A stretch of DNA of 64,000 bases from positions 13,330,001 to 13,394,000 of the forward strand of contig OZ241826.1 in assembly GCA_965202585.1 (NCBI GenBank). The letters are read 5' to 3'. Each line of letters begins with the position of its first letter. The stretch's first letter is position 1. The notes under the pieces were generated by a model. It was not told the DNA's origin and did not search any database. It saw only the letters and a list, made by a program, of their open reading frames with translations. Below, in pieces: positions 40,090-53,239 of this stretch. The position numbers and the translations under genes are program-made. Source of the stretch: Thalia democratica. Taxonomy: Eukaryota.

Positions 40090-41899
40090 CTAAAATAAAA
40101 AGTTTTAATTAAAAAAATAATAAACACAGTTTTAATTATATAATAGAGTTCTAATACTAAAATTTCAAACTAAAACATTCAAGCTAATTTTAGTGTTTTG
40201 TACGTTGTATGTTACAAATGTATTTATTGAGCTAATATTTACAGTGGGAAATAATATTCTACAAGAAACGTCGATAAGGTACGCACTAAATTGCGAAAAT
40301 AAGTCAGTTTAAAATATTAAAATACAAAGACATTATTTAACATTATAATTAAATTTTATTTAAATTTTATTGTTAATAGTTATTTGTTTATCATCATTGT
40401 TTCATGTTAAATACCTTTGTATTGCTAAACTAAGCATGACTTTTATTTGTGTTTTATATTTCTAGGTGAACTAGTCAAACTAGTAAAATGGTTTTATTAA
40501 GTTTCTTTTATATTTTAATTAGTAATCAAAATAATTTTTCTGAACATTTTATTTTTGTGTATTATACGCGTTAATTTTTTTTTGTAATACATAGTTTTTA
40601 GTTCTTTGTATATAACTTAAACTTTTAATAAACTATATACTACATCAAGTTTTATTAGATTAAATTGGGAAAATTAAAAATAACTTTTACTGCAGTCACT
40701 TCTTTCATAATTTTGATATTCTAAAAGTAATATTATTTAAATATTTTTTGTTTATTGATCGACAAAAAAGCGCTCAAAAAGTTTGGTCTATCGACCTAGT
40801 TTACGAAGTAACCTTTTGGTTATTAAGTCTTACACCAAAATATACACCAATACAATCAATAACTACTTTTCTATTTTGTATTTATCCAGTCACATAAAAC
40901 TATATAATAAACGTTTAGCTTGAAACTTTTTTTTGATTGAGCAAGACTCTCAAAGTTTCTAAAAATATATAAAACTTATGTAAAAACTATATTAAAATAC
41001 AATAACATAAGTCAAAAAGTAATATTATCAAATTATACTTTTTAATAATCAAATAGTTTAGGTCGAATTTTTTTTTGTTATATCCAATATAACAAACACC
41101 CTCAAAAATTGTTTAAAAACAAGCCTTTTTTTTTCATTAGCCAAATTTTTTTTTTTTCATTAGACCCTATTTGAAAAATTTAAAAAGCAATAATATAATA
41201 AAAAGCACTTCTATAAAATTTCCCAAAACCTACCTTTAGACTTTTTTTCGCTCTTGATCACCAGCGCAAGAATATTTCGCGTAAGTATAAATGATGGCCA
41301 TAAAGCCCCTAAGGAGACCACTTAACCCATTTTGGGAAAACCTGGTTTTGTTTATTTAAAGTTGTTTAAAATATAAGTTGTTAATTTAGCTTAGTTTTTT
41401 TCATATCCCAAGCACTAGTTTAACACTCAACTCTATTCAAAGCAGATGTTTAATTTATGATTTTAACTCTTTATAGGATGACTTTAAAATTATAACGTAA
41501 ACAGTTGTGCAGTCGGTTTAAAATATTTTTTGATATGAGATAAAAATTAACTAATTCTTAAAAAAAACAACAACAATAATTATCAGAAATAGTTCATTTA
41601 TGACTAAGAAAAAATGTTTCACGTTTATACAACGGTAATATATGTTTTGATAGCTTTAAAACAAGCATTATACTAAGTAAAAGTAAAAATCTAAAAAATG
41701 TAATTTTTTTCAAACTTATACTCATAAATTTTACTTCTAAATCAAAAAATGATAGCTTAAAAACTAAAAGAAAAGCGTAGGCTGATAACATTCAATATGC
41801 CAGTATTTATTTAGGCCATCATCAACAAAGTTGAGATGTTTTATGCCATCGATAATAAACAATTATATTCACCGCATGATCAACAACGATAGCATCCGA

Positions 41900-41953
41900 G
41901 ACAATCCTACGACCGGTTTCGTCCTTTTTAGGACTCATCAGGCAGGAATAGTC
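41900..41953 (-). ncRNA. Type I hammerhead ribozyme
   Basis: GACUAUUCCUGC-CUGAUGA-GUCC UAAAAA GGAC-GAAA-CCG-GUC^GUAGGAUUGUC: complete core, 4-bp stem II, minimal palindromic stem III (ACCGGU), stem I CCUGC/GUAGG with extension. Confidence 0.9.
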
Positions 41954-42264
41954 GCTAGAATACGCTGTTGTGATCTAACCAAGCGGGCTTAAGTACGATG
42001 TACTGAAGCGACCGTTTGTGGGCAAAAGTTGACGCAGGCTAATCTTCACAGCCAAACGTCTTAGACATTGTCAGCTTAATATGAGATTTTACTCTCTACG
42101 CTCGTTTTATCAGTTTTAGTCAGTATTTATTTCGGCCGTCATCAACAAAGTTAAGATTTTTTATGCCATAGATAATAAGCAGTGAACTTAGACAATGTCT
42201 AGGACGTTGGGCTGTGAAGATTTGCCTGCTTCAATTTTTCGCAATCACAACAGCGGTTTCTCGC

Positions 42265-42318
42265 GACTATTCCTGCCTGATGAGTCCTAATTCGGACGAA
42301 ATCGGTCGTAGGATTGTC
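42265..42318 (+). ncRNA. Type I hammerhead ribozyme
   Basis: GACUAUUCCUGC-CUGAUGA-GUCC UAAUUC GGAC-GAAA-UCG-GUC^GUAGGAUUGUC; changes versus the other copy are confined to loop II and one U-G wobble in stem III. Confidence 0.87.
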
Positions 42319-44077
42319 TTGGATGCTGTTGTTGTTGATCGTGCGATGAAGTTCATTGTTTATTAATACACAAAATGTACATGGTTAGATAACATTGTAT
42401 AATTAAAATGAGATGTTTGTGCTCACTAGGCTTATAGTTTAATTTAATAACTTAATCAACTAAAAATTTTGAACTGATTTTACGATTTATATTTTCTTTA
42501 ATATGTAAAAAAGTCTTAATGTCTGTTTGTACTATTGACCATTTTTTCTTTAATAGATTTTTTTTTGTAAACATCAACAATTTTAAGTGGTTTAAACTTT
42601 GAATCTGATATATCAAAATAAATAAAACACTTATATTTATTAAAACGAAACTTTTTTGCTAAACTAATCAGAGAAAAAATAGTTTAGTTTAAACAAGTAA
42701 TCAAAAAATCGAACAAATGTTTGTGTTAGTTTGCTAAAAAATAGAACTTTATGCACAATTAAACGATTACTTTTTTAAATGTTCTAGTAAAAAGTTTTCA
42801 AATCAATTCAAACTTTTATGAAAATTTTTAAAACTAGTTCCTTTTTAAAGTAAGTTTGAAGTTCTATTTATTTTATGTTGTGTATACCTTCTAAATGTTT
42901 TGTAGAAATTTAACATGTAAATTTGTGAGAAATATGTAAACAATACTAAATTTAATATTAACGAAAGCTATTCATTAAACTAATTATAATAATAGTTGAA
43001 CTGAGTTGCTTTTTGTTTTATCAAGGAAGTCATTTAGTTTTAAACAAGTAGACAAACTTCATTGATTATATCTTTTCTAAATTTTTACTAAACTAAAAAT
43101 GGTTGAACTTATAAATTTATAAAGATAATTTAACTGGTTTTTTTATAATTTTAAATTGATTAATTTGTAAAACGAACTAAATAGAAATATGTGTGATTAA
43201 AATAATTGAAACAAAACATATCATAAACTAATTAGTTGAAAAAAAGTCTATACGCCAAACCTTGTACTTCTTAAAAATTTTGTTTTACATAAATACAAAA
43301 AAGTAACGATACATTTCAATTAGAAATAATCAGTTTTACAGATAAAAGCAACACAGTATACTTTATAATATTATTACAGTAAAGTCGATGTTTGAACTTT
43401 AAGCCATGGCTCAAATACTCAAGTATTTACTAATTTTACTTTTTATTTTCAAAACTGGAAATCATTAAAAAACTGTAAGGAATTTAAAAAAATTGCTTAA
43501 AACTTATATTTAAACTTTTATCAAAATTTTAATTATAACATTTAAAAAATAAATCTAAAGCTTAAGAAATTTGTAAGCAACTATTATGAATAATTAAACT
43601 TACTTTACAACAAATAAAATAACCTTATTTAGTATGTTTTTATTTCTTATATAAAACTAATTATGAAAGCAATATTAAATAAATTCTGTTGTGAAACTTT
43701 TTATAAGCGTAAACAATAAAACGAAAGTAAAAAACTTTCTATTTAAAAAATAACACTGCGCTACTTACAAAATAAGTTACTTGTTGTTCATAACAAATAA
43801 GAGAGAAAAACAAAACATTTTTAATCTCTTTCTCAAAGCTTTCTCTTTTTTTATCTTTCTCAAAATGTTTTCGAGAGAGTTTTTCTAAAAACCAAATAAA
43901 AAGAAAAAAGTCATGTGGAAAAGTACAATGTTTAAAATTAAATGCTTCATTTACGAATAGCAACAACTGTATCAGTTATTGTATTTAAGCTTTATGTATT
44001 TTTATTAAGTTTTTTTTTAGGTTTTTAAGATTAGTAAGATAGTTACAGTTATAGTAGTAAGGGTATACTATCAAAAA

Positions 44078-44272
44078 CCACCCGCGTTCAAAATGCACCT
44101 GATTTTTTAATATATTTTCTTTCATTATTAATTTATGTAATATGTTCTTTGAAGTTTTTTTATTTATTTTTTATTTATTTTACCTCTAAACCTTACCCTC
44201 GATCCGTAAGCGTAAGCGGTTCTCGTATTTGATTGGGTGTATTTTGACCAGATAGATTTTGAACACGGGTGG
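44078..44272. mobile_element. Small inverted-repeat element (MITE-like), partial relative at ~49830-49920
   Basis: 17-bp IR ccacccgcgttcaaaat / attttgaacacgggtgg (1 mismatch); internal ccttaccctcgatc segment repeated at ~49840. Confidence 0.5.
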
Positions 44273-46152
44273 ATTTTAAACGTGTCTCGTAGTAAAATAC
44301 ATTAGTTAATAAAAAACATTTCTAAGAGCTGTTATTTAAATCTCATAGATAACCTAGCTTATTTATTTTACTATAAACTATAACAAATTAATTATTTTAG
44401 CAAGTTATTAAAAAATACTTGATAAACTTAATAAAGTTTTTCGAACATTTTAAACTTTAACATTTTAATCTTAATTTAAAATCAAAATAATTGTGAACAA
44501 CATATTATAGCTAATACCCAGTCATATTAAGTATACTTTCTGTTGACATTTGTTTCATTAGTTGTCAGTCAAAAATCAGTTGAAAGATAAATTACCCATA
44601 AAAAATAACCTTTACACTTATATTGTTGTCATAACTTATAGAATAGTTCTAATTAACTTTTTTAAAAGAAAATTCTAGCTTTAAAAACATTTTATAGTTA
44701 TATAAATTAATATATCTTTCTTTTAAACTGGCTTTTTTCATTTTAAATAGGAAGTATAAACATTTATTTACTATACAATGAATTTTTTTACTAAAAATAA
44801 ATTCAGTTTCAGGCATTAAAAAGTAAAACAATATCCAATTAATTTAATATTTTAAAAAAGTAAAATATGTTTGGATTACATTTTTTAAATAAACGTATTA
44901 GCTGTTAGATGAGAAATAACTTATTGAAAGTTAGAATGGTTTTGGTTTGGTTTTGAAACAATATTTTTTACTATTGAATTTTTTTATAAGTTAAACACAG
45001 AAAGAAGTTAAGTTTAAAACTTTTTAAAAAAATATTAAGTGTTTTTCAACTTTTTCTTTTTAAAATTATTTACCGGTTTTTGTGTAACAATTAGTTTCAA
45101 AATTAACTGTATCAAGTTAGTATAATACAATTGTAAAGTATCTTAAACTAGTAGTTTTTTTAGTTCCACTGTGTTATAAATTTTGGTTACCAAAAAGTTT
45201 GACGTTAAATTATAAAAAGTAAAGTGAATGAAAAAAATTAAAGTATTTACTGTTCCTTTTGTTTAAATAAAAACTTTATAGTAGTTTTACGAAGTTTCAT
45301 AAAGTTAATTGTAAGTCTAACGAAGCTCTCTCTAATTATACTCTCAGCTACATGAAATTGGTAAACTTTAACAACTGAATATTTTTCTAGAATTAAATAT
45401 TTTTATACGATTAAAGTAAAAAAGTTTTTAATAATTTTATAAAGTTTTGGTAATAAACTTTTTATGTAAAATTTTCATATAACGAGTTAGGTTTGTTATT
45501 AAGAAAATAAGTTTCAATGCAAATAATTAAAACAATAAGCTTTAAAGCTTTTAATGTAATTATTTTGAAATTTTAGAAGTTAAACGAATTTAAAAGCGTT
45601 TTAAAGCAGTAATAATATATTTTACAGTACTTGTCTTTGCAAAAACAGTTTTAAATTTTTTAATGGTAATTACTTTTTAATGAGCATTTAGTGCGTAATT
45701 ACTTTATGCTCGTTAATGCATTTTAAAACAAATTTTTATGTAAATAAATCAATTTATGTGTGTAGGTAATTGATTTTATAAAAAGACTCTAAGTTTTACT
45801 TACAACATTCAATGCAATATTTGTAATAACAGCATTAAGGTAAAGTAATTGTAATATTTTTTATTTGGTAATAAAGTAATTATAAGTTGTACATTTGGCA
45901 CATTATGTAGGTTAAAATCAGTACATTATCACCGATGTTCTTTATACATTACATGAGTTTTACTGTATCAACTTAAACTGTCTAAATAACGATTTCCTGA
46001 AATTTTTCATAAATTAATTTAAAAAACAACATTAACAACTTATTTTCTATTATTTTATAATTAAGCGTAAAAAAAATTATAGCTGAATACAGCTATAAAC
46101 AACTTTTATAAGTTATTTCTAAAACAGATTTATACATTATCAAACTTATACA

Positions 46153-46158
<6 letters not shown>

Positions 46159-46196
<38 letters not shown>
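46159..46196. repeat. (TA)n microsatellite
   Basis: Uninterrupted TA run. Confidence 0.95.
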
Positions 46197-46199
<3 letters not shown>

Positions 46200-46420
46200 C
46201 GAACTTACAATCTTAAAAAAATGTATACTTACCTCTGAATAAATATTTAAATAATAATTCTCGATAATAAAACCAGTCTTAAACAAAATAAGAATTACTT
46301 TAAACAGTATTTAATGCATTTTTAAGTAACAATAAAGAATGTAATTTAGAAACAAATTAGGTTTTAGAGTTTATATTTTTTTTAGATAGAGCTACATCTT
46401 TTCAGAAATATAATTAAAAA

Positions 46421-47047
46421 ATGAGTTCTAAAATATACACCACTGAGGGAAAAAAAAAGAACTCAACTAGTAAAGTTGAAGCTTTGGGAACCTCGCAAGC
46501 AAAAGCTCACGAGAAAAGAGGTGTAAAAAGAGGTGCTTCTACATCATCCGAAACTTTCGAAAACAAAGCAAACGCTGAAACTGATCGTAGCCAGAATAGT
46601 CGGCAAGATAGACAAGCTTACTCAATTGAACAATTTGAGTTTCAGCTTCCAAAGCATATTGTAGATTACTACAACAAGCTGTCACCGGAGGAAAAAGCAA
46701 GCGTGTCAAGAATTGAAGATCCCGAACGTCGGGATATTTGTTGTGTCATCATGGCAATGGAAAAAGAACAACAATATCAACCCAATTCATGGGCAAATAT
46801 ACAATTGCGCAAAGAAGTGGAAGTTTTAGTAGAAGATATAAACTGTGAAAAGGATGATTTTGTTCCTAGAATACTGCAGGTCTTTGAAAAATTTGGCAAG
46901 GTAGAATATCACAACTTGTTTATGGACAATAATAGTTTGAAAGGACGAATTGGTTTAGATTCGCTTGAAGCTTGTGACAAGGCTGTCGCGGAAATTAATG
47001 GCAAAAGAATCGAAAATTTAGTGTTTCATGTAAAACAAATTTTCTAG
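46421..47047 (+). CDS. Intronless 208-aa protein with a C-terminal RRM-like domain
   Basis: Long ORF in AT-rich DNA; VLVEDIN...ILQVFEKFGKV...GRIGLDSLEACDKAVAEINGKRI fits the RRM beta-alpha pattern (F..FG.V, A..A...NG); ttttcag acceptor 15 nt before the ATG. Confidence 0.75.
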   Translation: MSSKIYTTEGKKKNSTSKVEALGTSQAKAHEKRGVKRGASTSSETFENKANAETDRSQNSRQDRQAYSIEQFEFQLPKHIVDYYNKLSPEEKASVSRIEDPERRDICCVIMAMEKEQQYQPNSWANIQLRKEVEVLVEDINCEKDDFVPRILQVFEKFGKVEYHNLFMDNNSLKGRIGLDSLEACDKAVAEINGKRIENLVFHVKQIF

Positions 47048-49159
47048 ACGAATTTCATTCTAGGATACTATTTTTATGAGCATTTAACTTTCACAAATAA
47101 AACAGTCAAGTCTTCTGATTAATTACTTTTTTTTATAACTTTAGACTTTAGATATACTTATATAAATAGTATATATGCTGTTTTTTGTTTGTCTTTTACT
47201 TAATAAAACTTCCTTGAACTTTGATATATGTTTATTTTGCTTAAAAGTAAAACTATTGTACATTTTTTGATAACTTTTTCTCTTGATAAAATTGTTTAGA
47301 AACTGAAACTATGTTTTATTGTACATAGGGTCACCTGATAAGAGTATTATTAGTTAGTTTTTTATACTTATTGTATTATTTTGAATTAAGAAACAAAACA
47401 ACTGAAAATAAAAAATGTAAACCATTTAGATATTATTTGTTGGAGTTATTTAGATAAGCTAAACTCCCCTAAAATCTTTAAGCTTTAAATCCTCTAAACA
47501 ACAAAAAACCTTATCATTAACGCAGTATACCAAAAGAAAATATTTTTAGAAAACTTTGTTTTCAAAATAAATATGAACAAACTAATAAATTTTAAAAACA
47601 CGGTGTTAGTTAAAGTGTTGATTAAATTTAAAGTTGATTAGCAGAAAACATATAGTTTTTAGCCTGAAATACTTAGATTAAGGTATGGTTTTAAGCTCAA
47701 GCTTAAAATTATACTTTTTCTGCGAATAAATTAATAAAAGTAATACTTTTTACAAATACTAACTTTAAGCAGTGTATAAATTTCAACCATAATAAAGCTC
47801 ACTTAAAAGTACCAACTACTTTATAAAAAAAAAATTTCGGTAAGAACCAAAGTTAATTCCATCAGATATTTAATAAAGTTCTGTTATAGTTTGGTTTTAG
47901 TACTGGTTTAAACTAAAAAATTTAAACATAACTCACTCATTTTCGAAAAAAGTTTGTTAATTAATTTCGTTTAGCTCTTCTTCGAAATAATATTGCTAAA
48001 AACTATTAATATTATTGAGCATTTTTAGTTATATACAATGGTATTGAAAAAATAGTCATCGTCTTGTCGACATATGAAAAATATTCTCTTAAAATACAAT
48101 AAATTTTGAAGTATTTTATAGTCACTTGACTGTTGTTTTTGTTAACTTTAGTTGTTTGAAAGTTAGATGGTTGACCGATTTTTTACTGAAGTCTTGTAAT
48201 GAACAATATTACGTCATACTGTTTTTTGTTTTTTTATTATTTAATTTTTACTTCTATGTTTAGCAAAGTGCTTTTTATTTTAAATTTAGCTGGCTGAAGA
48301 TTAAGGCGTCTAGTCTTATGAAACACGTGTACCAGCATTTTTGAAGTCTTATTTTTCAATAAATTATTTAAAAGCCCTATAAATGTGGCCCAGTATAAGG
48401 TGTTTAAGTTTAAATAACATCCTTATTTTATATATATATATTTATTTATTTATGTAATTTATTGAAAAAGTACCATTTTTAAAAAACGGGTAGATATTTT
48501 TCAGATGTTAAAGATCAACATATGCATAGTTGTTCATAGGTGTTCAAGTTTGAACAATAACCTTATATTATATATTTATGTATATTTAAATATAGATATA
48601 TATATATTTATTTATTTAATTATATAAAAACTATAATTCAAACAGCTGTTTTACACATTGAAATGTAAAATTTCATGTGATCTTCAGTGAGTTGTAGTTT
48701 ATTATAATAGTAAACAGAAATTTCGATTTTAGAATTTTTTATGGTAATTATGACGTAGTAATGGTACAGTCTATTGTACGATTAGTTGAATTTGAAATAC
48801 GCTGTAAATGTTATTCTATGCTTTTTAGGAAAGTTTAAAAAGGTTATTTTGGAAAAAATGTTTTAAGCTATTAGAAAAATTTTTTAGGCTGTTGGGAAAA
48901 ATGTTATAAAATGCTATAAAATACTCGTGTTTGCCGCTTCGATTTTATTTTGTTTTATTTTGCTATAAATTATAAAATTGCACAAATAAACAAATAAATA
49001 GAGAATTTATACTTCGAGTTTAAAAAAAATTTCTAGATTTTAACAGTTTTTTACATTAATAAAAATCATAAATGATAAAATTGTATAAAATTAAAAAAAT
49101 TAAGCTCCAATTTGATTTGTCGAGCACTATCGATCAGAACTTTGAATAAAACCTTTAAT

Positions 49160-49161
<2 letters not shown>

Positions 49162-49202
<41 letters not shown>
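49162..49202. repeat. (AT)n microsatellite
   Basis: Uninterrupted AT run. Confidence 0.95.
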
Positions 49203-49207
<5 letters not shown>

Positions 49208-50079
49208 TATAAAAACAAAACATTAATTTAAGGCAAAATACACTGTCGCATGCTTTAATTTTAAATACATTGTTGCGTTTATTCGATACTGATTATTGTA
49301 ATTTTTATTGAAATTCGTTAAGACTACAAAAGGACAAAACTGCTTATACTTGTTACATTTAGGGTGTGTAAACAAAAATTGAAATTTTTTTTCTTCTATT
49401 AAATCTTATAGTTGAAAATATTTCAATTGTTATTTTTTTTATATGTCCTTTTAAAAGGCCTTTCAATAATTCTGAATTTATTACCAAACTCATAAGTTTA
49501 TATTGCCTTAGTGTTTTGTCACATATGTTTATTTATTTAACTATGTACTTTTTTAAATATATTTTATGTCAGCGATTAATATTTAAACAGATTGTTTACA
49601 CTATAAAGTATTTCATAAACCGTTTCTTTCATAAAAAATTTTATTATTTAAAATAATTGATCAAAATTAGCTTAACTGGTAACCTTGGAATTAGCCACAT
49701 TGCTTCTAACAATATCCAGAAGTATGTTAATAAAAATCAACTTAAATTTTCAAATACTTTATTTATTAATTATTTCATATATTTTTTGCATTCTTTTTAT
49801 TCATATCTAGCTTATTTTTCACTACACTGTTACCTCTAACCCTTACCCTCGATCGGTTAGCGTTCTCGAATTTGACTGAGTGGATTTTGATCGCTGGTTG
49901 ATTTTGAACGTGTCCTCGCAATGCAACTTTGTGTTTTTCAATGTAGATAAAAATGTAGAGCTTAAAATTAGCTGAGAAATTATTTCTACTGATAAACAAG
50001 TTTAAGCTTAAGTTTTAGTATTAAATATAAATTGTTTTATGTACAACTAAATAAAACTAAAAAATAGAAATGCATTGAT

Positions 50080-50770
50080 TCAATATCTAATAGAAATGCT
50101 AATATATAAATTAATATTATTTGTATGATATCTAATACAATGGAAATAATTACAATAAATGAAGTATTTTATATAGAATAATGCATAGATTGCCTATTCC
50201 AAAACTATTTCATTTGCATTAAAACATCAGGGTTATATACTATAAAACATAAGGCTTTACTGTAACTCAATCACTTTAAATATCAAACATATGTTTGGAA
50301 ACTTTCAGTTATTATTATAGGTAAATATTATACTTAAGACTAAAGTGAAATATTCTAAAAAATTAATTAAGTTTTCACTGATATATCCGCGGAAAAGAAT
50401 GCTACAACCATTGATAGAAGAGTTTTGTATGCAAAGAAATTGATCTTTAGTATTAGTTATCATGAAGTAATATCTAATACAATAGAAATAAATTACTATA
50501 AATGAAGCAGTTAAATAGAATGATACATAGATTGCCTACTCCAAAACTATTTCATTTGCATTGAAACATCAAAGTTTTATACTTTAAAACACAAGGCTTT
50601 ATTACGGTCATTAGGAGGACTTTCGATATTTGTGAAAAAGTTCGTAAGCGAGAAAATTCAAAGAAATAGATCTTTAGTATTAATTATCATAAAGCGATAT
50701 CTAATAAAATAGAAATGAGTTAAAATAAATGATGTATTTCATATAGAATAATACACAAATTGCCTACTCA
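50080..50770. repeat. Degenerate dispersed/tandem duplication
   Basis: atatctaatacaat(g/a)gaaata...catagattgccta(t/c)tccaaaactatttcatttgcatt at ~50129 and ~50470, partial at ~50697. Confidence 0.7.
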
Positions 50771-51556
50771 ACAAATAATTACTTAAACAAAAAGTACAAT
50801 AAAATTTAGTTGATTTTTAACACATACATATTATTGAACAATAACTGTTTTCGTTATATTATGAGACAACTTTGTACAAGATTTTGGTAAAATGTAAGAT
50901 ATTTGGAAAATAAACTATTTTATTTTTTCTATTGCCTTAGCGCAATACATTAGCTCTTTTAAATAAAAGTTAATGCATTCATCGCTGGCTTCGAGCTAGA
51001 AAAATGAATACTATTTTAAAACAAAAGTAAATAAAAATATTTTTTATTACTTAACATTATATTAATCAAAAATATTTACTTAAGCGAATTTTATGTTTTG
51101 AAAAATAGTTAAGATGTATACTCATAGAAAAGTAAAAGCCGTTAATACAGGTATTCTAAATTCATGACGTGTTAGGTTTTAATACAAACAAATACTGTAA
51201 TTTTTTAACATATCTCAAGCTGTTTGTTTAACGGTGTAATAGCTCTCTTTTCATGAAATATTTGGTATTTAAAAACCACTGGTATGTGGTTACAATAAAA
51301 TAATTATGATTTGAATTTCTAGTGCGAACTTATAAATCATGGTGGTGCGTACAGTCCAATTTTGAAATTTCAACGTAAAACAACTATGTTGTTGCATAAA
51401 TAAACAATCGGTGTGTTTCAAATACTTTTCGAAATTAAAAAAATATACACAAAATTGATTTTAAATAATACATTGAAAAAAAAAAGTTAAAAAAGTATAG
51501 GATTTATGAAAAAATTGTGTGAAAAAAAGAAGTTACTGATCAGAAATTGAAAGGAC

Positions 51557-51830
51557 AAAAAAGTGGGCGCTGGACAGCCTGCCTGTTTGATTTCGGCTGC
51601 CTGTCCTGCGTACCAAGTTCACGTCCCAGTGGAATTACAATCTCCTTCTGAAAAAACGACCTAACAAGGTTAGCAATCTAATGCACATCGCGCTAACAAG
51701 AGTGCTAGCAGCTGATCGCATTCTTATATACTTGCGTGGTCGTCCCCATAAAGGAGCGGCCGACGGGACTCGGGCTCGGGACGCAGGGCCGGCAGTCGCA
51801 TAAGCAAACCGCTGGGCCATACAGGCGCCC
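51557..51830 (-). ncRNA. Candidate Pol III ncRNA gene, copy 1 (tRNA/vault-like head)
   Basis: TTTATATA at -29; A-box TGGCCCAGCGG (51819-51809); B-box-like AGCCCGAGTCCC (51776-51765) at exact tRNA spacing; T6 at 51656-51 and 51562-57; ends GGGCGC/GCGCCC complementary. Confidence 0.55.
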
Positions 51831-51977
51831 GCCTGTCTACTCTAATTACTGTATATAAACCATCTATATTCAAAATTGATTTTAAATATTACATTGAAAA
51901 AAAAAAGTTAAAAAAGTATAGGATTTATGAAAAAATTGTGTGAAAAAAAGAAGTTACTGATCAGAAATTGAAAGGAC

Positions 51978-52251
51978 AAAAAAGTGGGCGCTGGACAGCC
52001 TGCCTGTTTGATTTCGGCTGCCTGTCCTGCGTACCAAGTTCACGTCCCAGTGGAATTACAATCTCCTTCTGAAAAAACGACCTAACAAGGTTTGCAATCT
52101 AATGCACATCGCGCTAACAAGAGTGCTAGCAGCTGATCGCATTCTTATATACTTGCGTGGTCGTCCCCATAAAGGAGCGGCCACCGGGACTCGGGCTCGG
52201 GACGCAGGGCCGGCAGTCGCATAAGCAAACCGCTGGGCCATACAGGCGCCC
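51978..52251 (-). ncRNA. Candidate Pol III ncRNA gene, copy 2
   Basis: As copy 1. Confidence 0.55.
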
Positions 52252-52398
52252 GCCTGTCTACTCTAATTACTGTATATAAACCATCTATATTCAAAATTGA
52301 TTTTAAATATTACATTGAAAAAAAAAAGTTAAAAAAGTATAGGATTTATGAAAAAATTGTGTGAAAAAAAGAAGTTACTGATCAGAAATTGAAAGGAC

Positions 52399-52672
52399 AA
52401 AAAAGTGGGCGCTGGACAGCCTGCCTGTTTGATTTCGGCTGCCTGTCCTGCGTACCAAGTTCACGTCCCAGTGGAATTACAATCTCCTTCTGAAAAAACG
52501 ACCTAACAAGGTTTGCAATCTAATGCACATCGCGCTAACAAGAGTGCTAGCAGCTGATCGCATTCTTATATACTTGCGTGGTCGTCCCCATAAAGGAGCG
52601 GCCACCGGGACTCGGGCTCGGGACGCAGGGCCGGCAGTCGCATAAGCAAACCGCTGGGCCATACAGGCGCCC
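52399..52672 (-). ncRNA. Candidate Pol III ncRNA gene, copy 3
   Basis: As copy 1; upstream box TTTATATG. Confidence 0.55.
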
Positions 52673-52819
52673 GCCTGTCTACTCTAATTACTGCATATAA
52701 ACCATCTATATTCAAAATTGATTTTTAATATTACATTGAAAAAAAAAAGTTAAAAAAGTGTAGGATTTATGAAAAAGTTGTGTGAAAAAAAGAAGTTACT
52801 GATCAGAAATTGAAAGGAC

Positions 52820-53093
52820 AAAAAAGTGGGCGCTGGACAGCCTGCCTGTTTGATTTCGGCTGCCTGTCCTGCGTACCAAGTTCACGTCCCAGTGGAATTA
52901 CAATCTCCTTCTGAAAAAACGACCTAACAAGGTTTACAATCTAATGCACATCGCGCTAACAAGGGTGCTGGCAGCTAATCACATTCTTATATACTTGCGT
53001 GGTCGTCCCCATGAAAGAGCTACCACCGAGACTTGAGCTCGGGACGAAGGGCCGGCAGTCGCATAGGCAAACCGCTGGGCCATACAGGCGCCC
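52820..53093 (-). ncRNA. Candidate Pol III ncRNA gene, copy 4
   Basis: Perfect T-arm CCGAG-CUCAAGU-CUCGG. Confidence 0.55.
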
Positions 53094-53239
53094 GCCTGTC
53101 TACTCTAATTACTGCATATAAACCATCTATATTCAAATTGATTTTAAATATTTTATTGAAAAAAAAAAGTTAAAAAAGTGTAGGATTTATGAAAAAATTG
53201 TGTGAAAAAAAGAAGTTACTGATCAGAAATTGAAAGGAC

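Larger units (their letters stand above)
41800..42370. mobile_element. Non-autonomous Penelope-like/retrozyme insertion with inverted hammerhead-bearing repeats
   Basis: 41853-42072 is the reverse complement of ~42190-42364 (with a ~45-bp deletion); ~58-bp direct repeat 41801/42121; absent from the paralogous arm; possible TSD CAATATG/CAAAATG. Confidence 0.75.
41160..43960. repeat. Left arm of an inverted segmental duplication (partner 53800-56030)
   Basis: Collinear reverse-complement matches at 41180-41350/55865-55990, 42375-42430/55320-55390 and 43740-43960/53800-54050. Confidence 0.75.

Noticed and set aside
42121-42160. Second minimal hammerhead (UUGAUGA-CGGCC-GAAA) on the minus strand of the 58-bp direct repeat
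   Set aside because: C3 is missing, stem II closure and stem I do not pair, and the other copy reads TAAA.
51565-51660. HDV-like ribozyme (UUCACGU loop as in CPEB3)
   Set aside because: P3 (AAG/CCC), full P1 and P2 cannot be formed.
51660-51680. Telomerase-template-like CTAACCT on the minus strand
   Set aside because: Present only in copy 1, and no pseudoknot/template context was recognised.
51557-51830. Array core as 7SL, 7SK, RNase P/MRP, 5S or U1
   Set aside because: Only short matches (GGCGGGCGCCTGTA to Alu; TCCCC-ATAAAGGAG and TTGATTTCGGCTG to 7SK; GGCCATAC to 5S; ATACTTGCGTGG to U1; a P1/P4-like topology). There is no SRP helix-8 motif, paired GAUC stem, GAAAGUC CR-I or Sm-site architecture.
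51635-52662. Three identical 61-aa minus-strand ORFs (MAQRFAYATAG...)
   Set aside because: They are a by-product of the GC-rich repeat. Copies 4 and 5 have an in-frame TGA (aga atg tga), and the ATG lies within the A-box.
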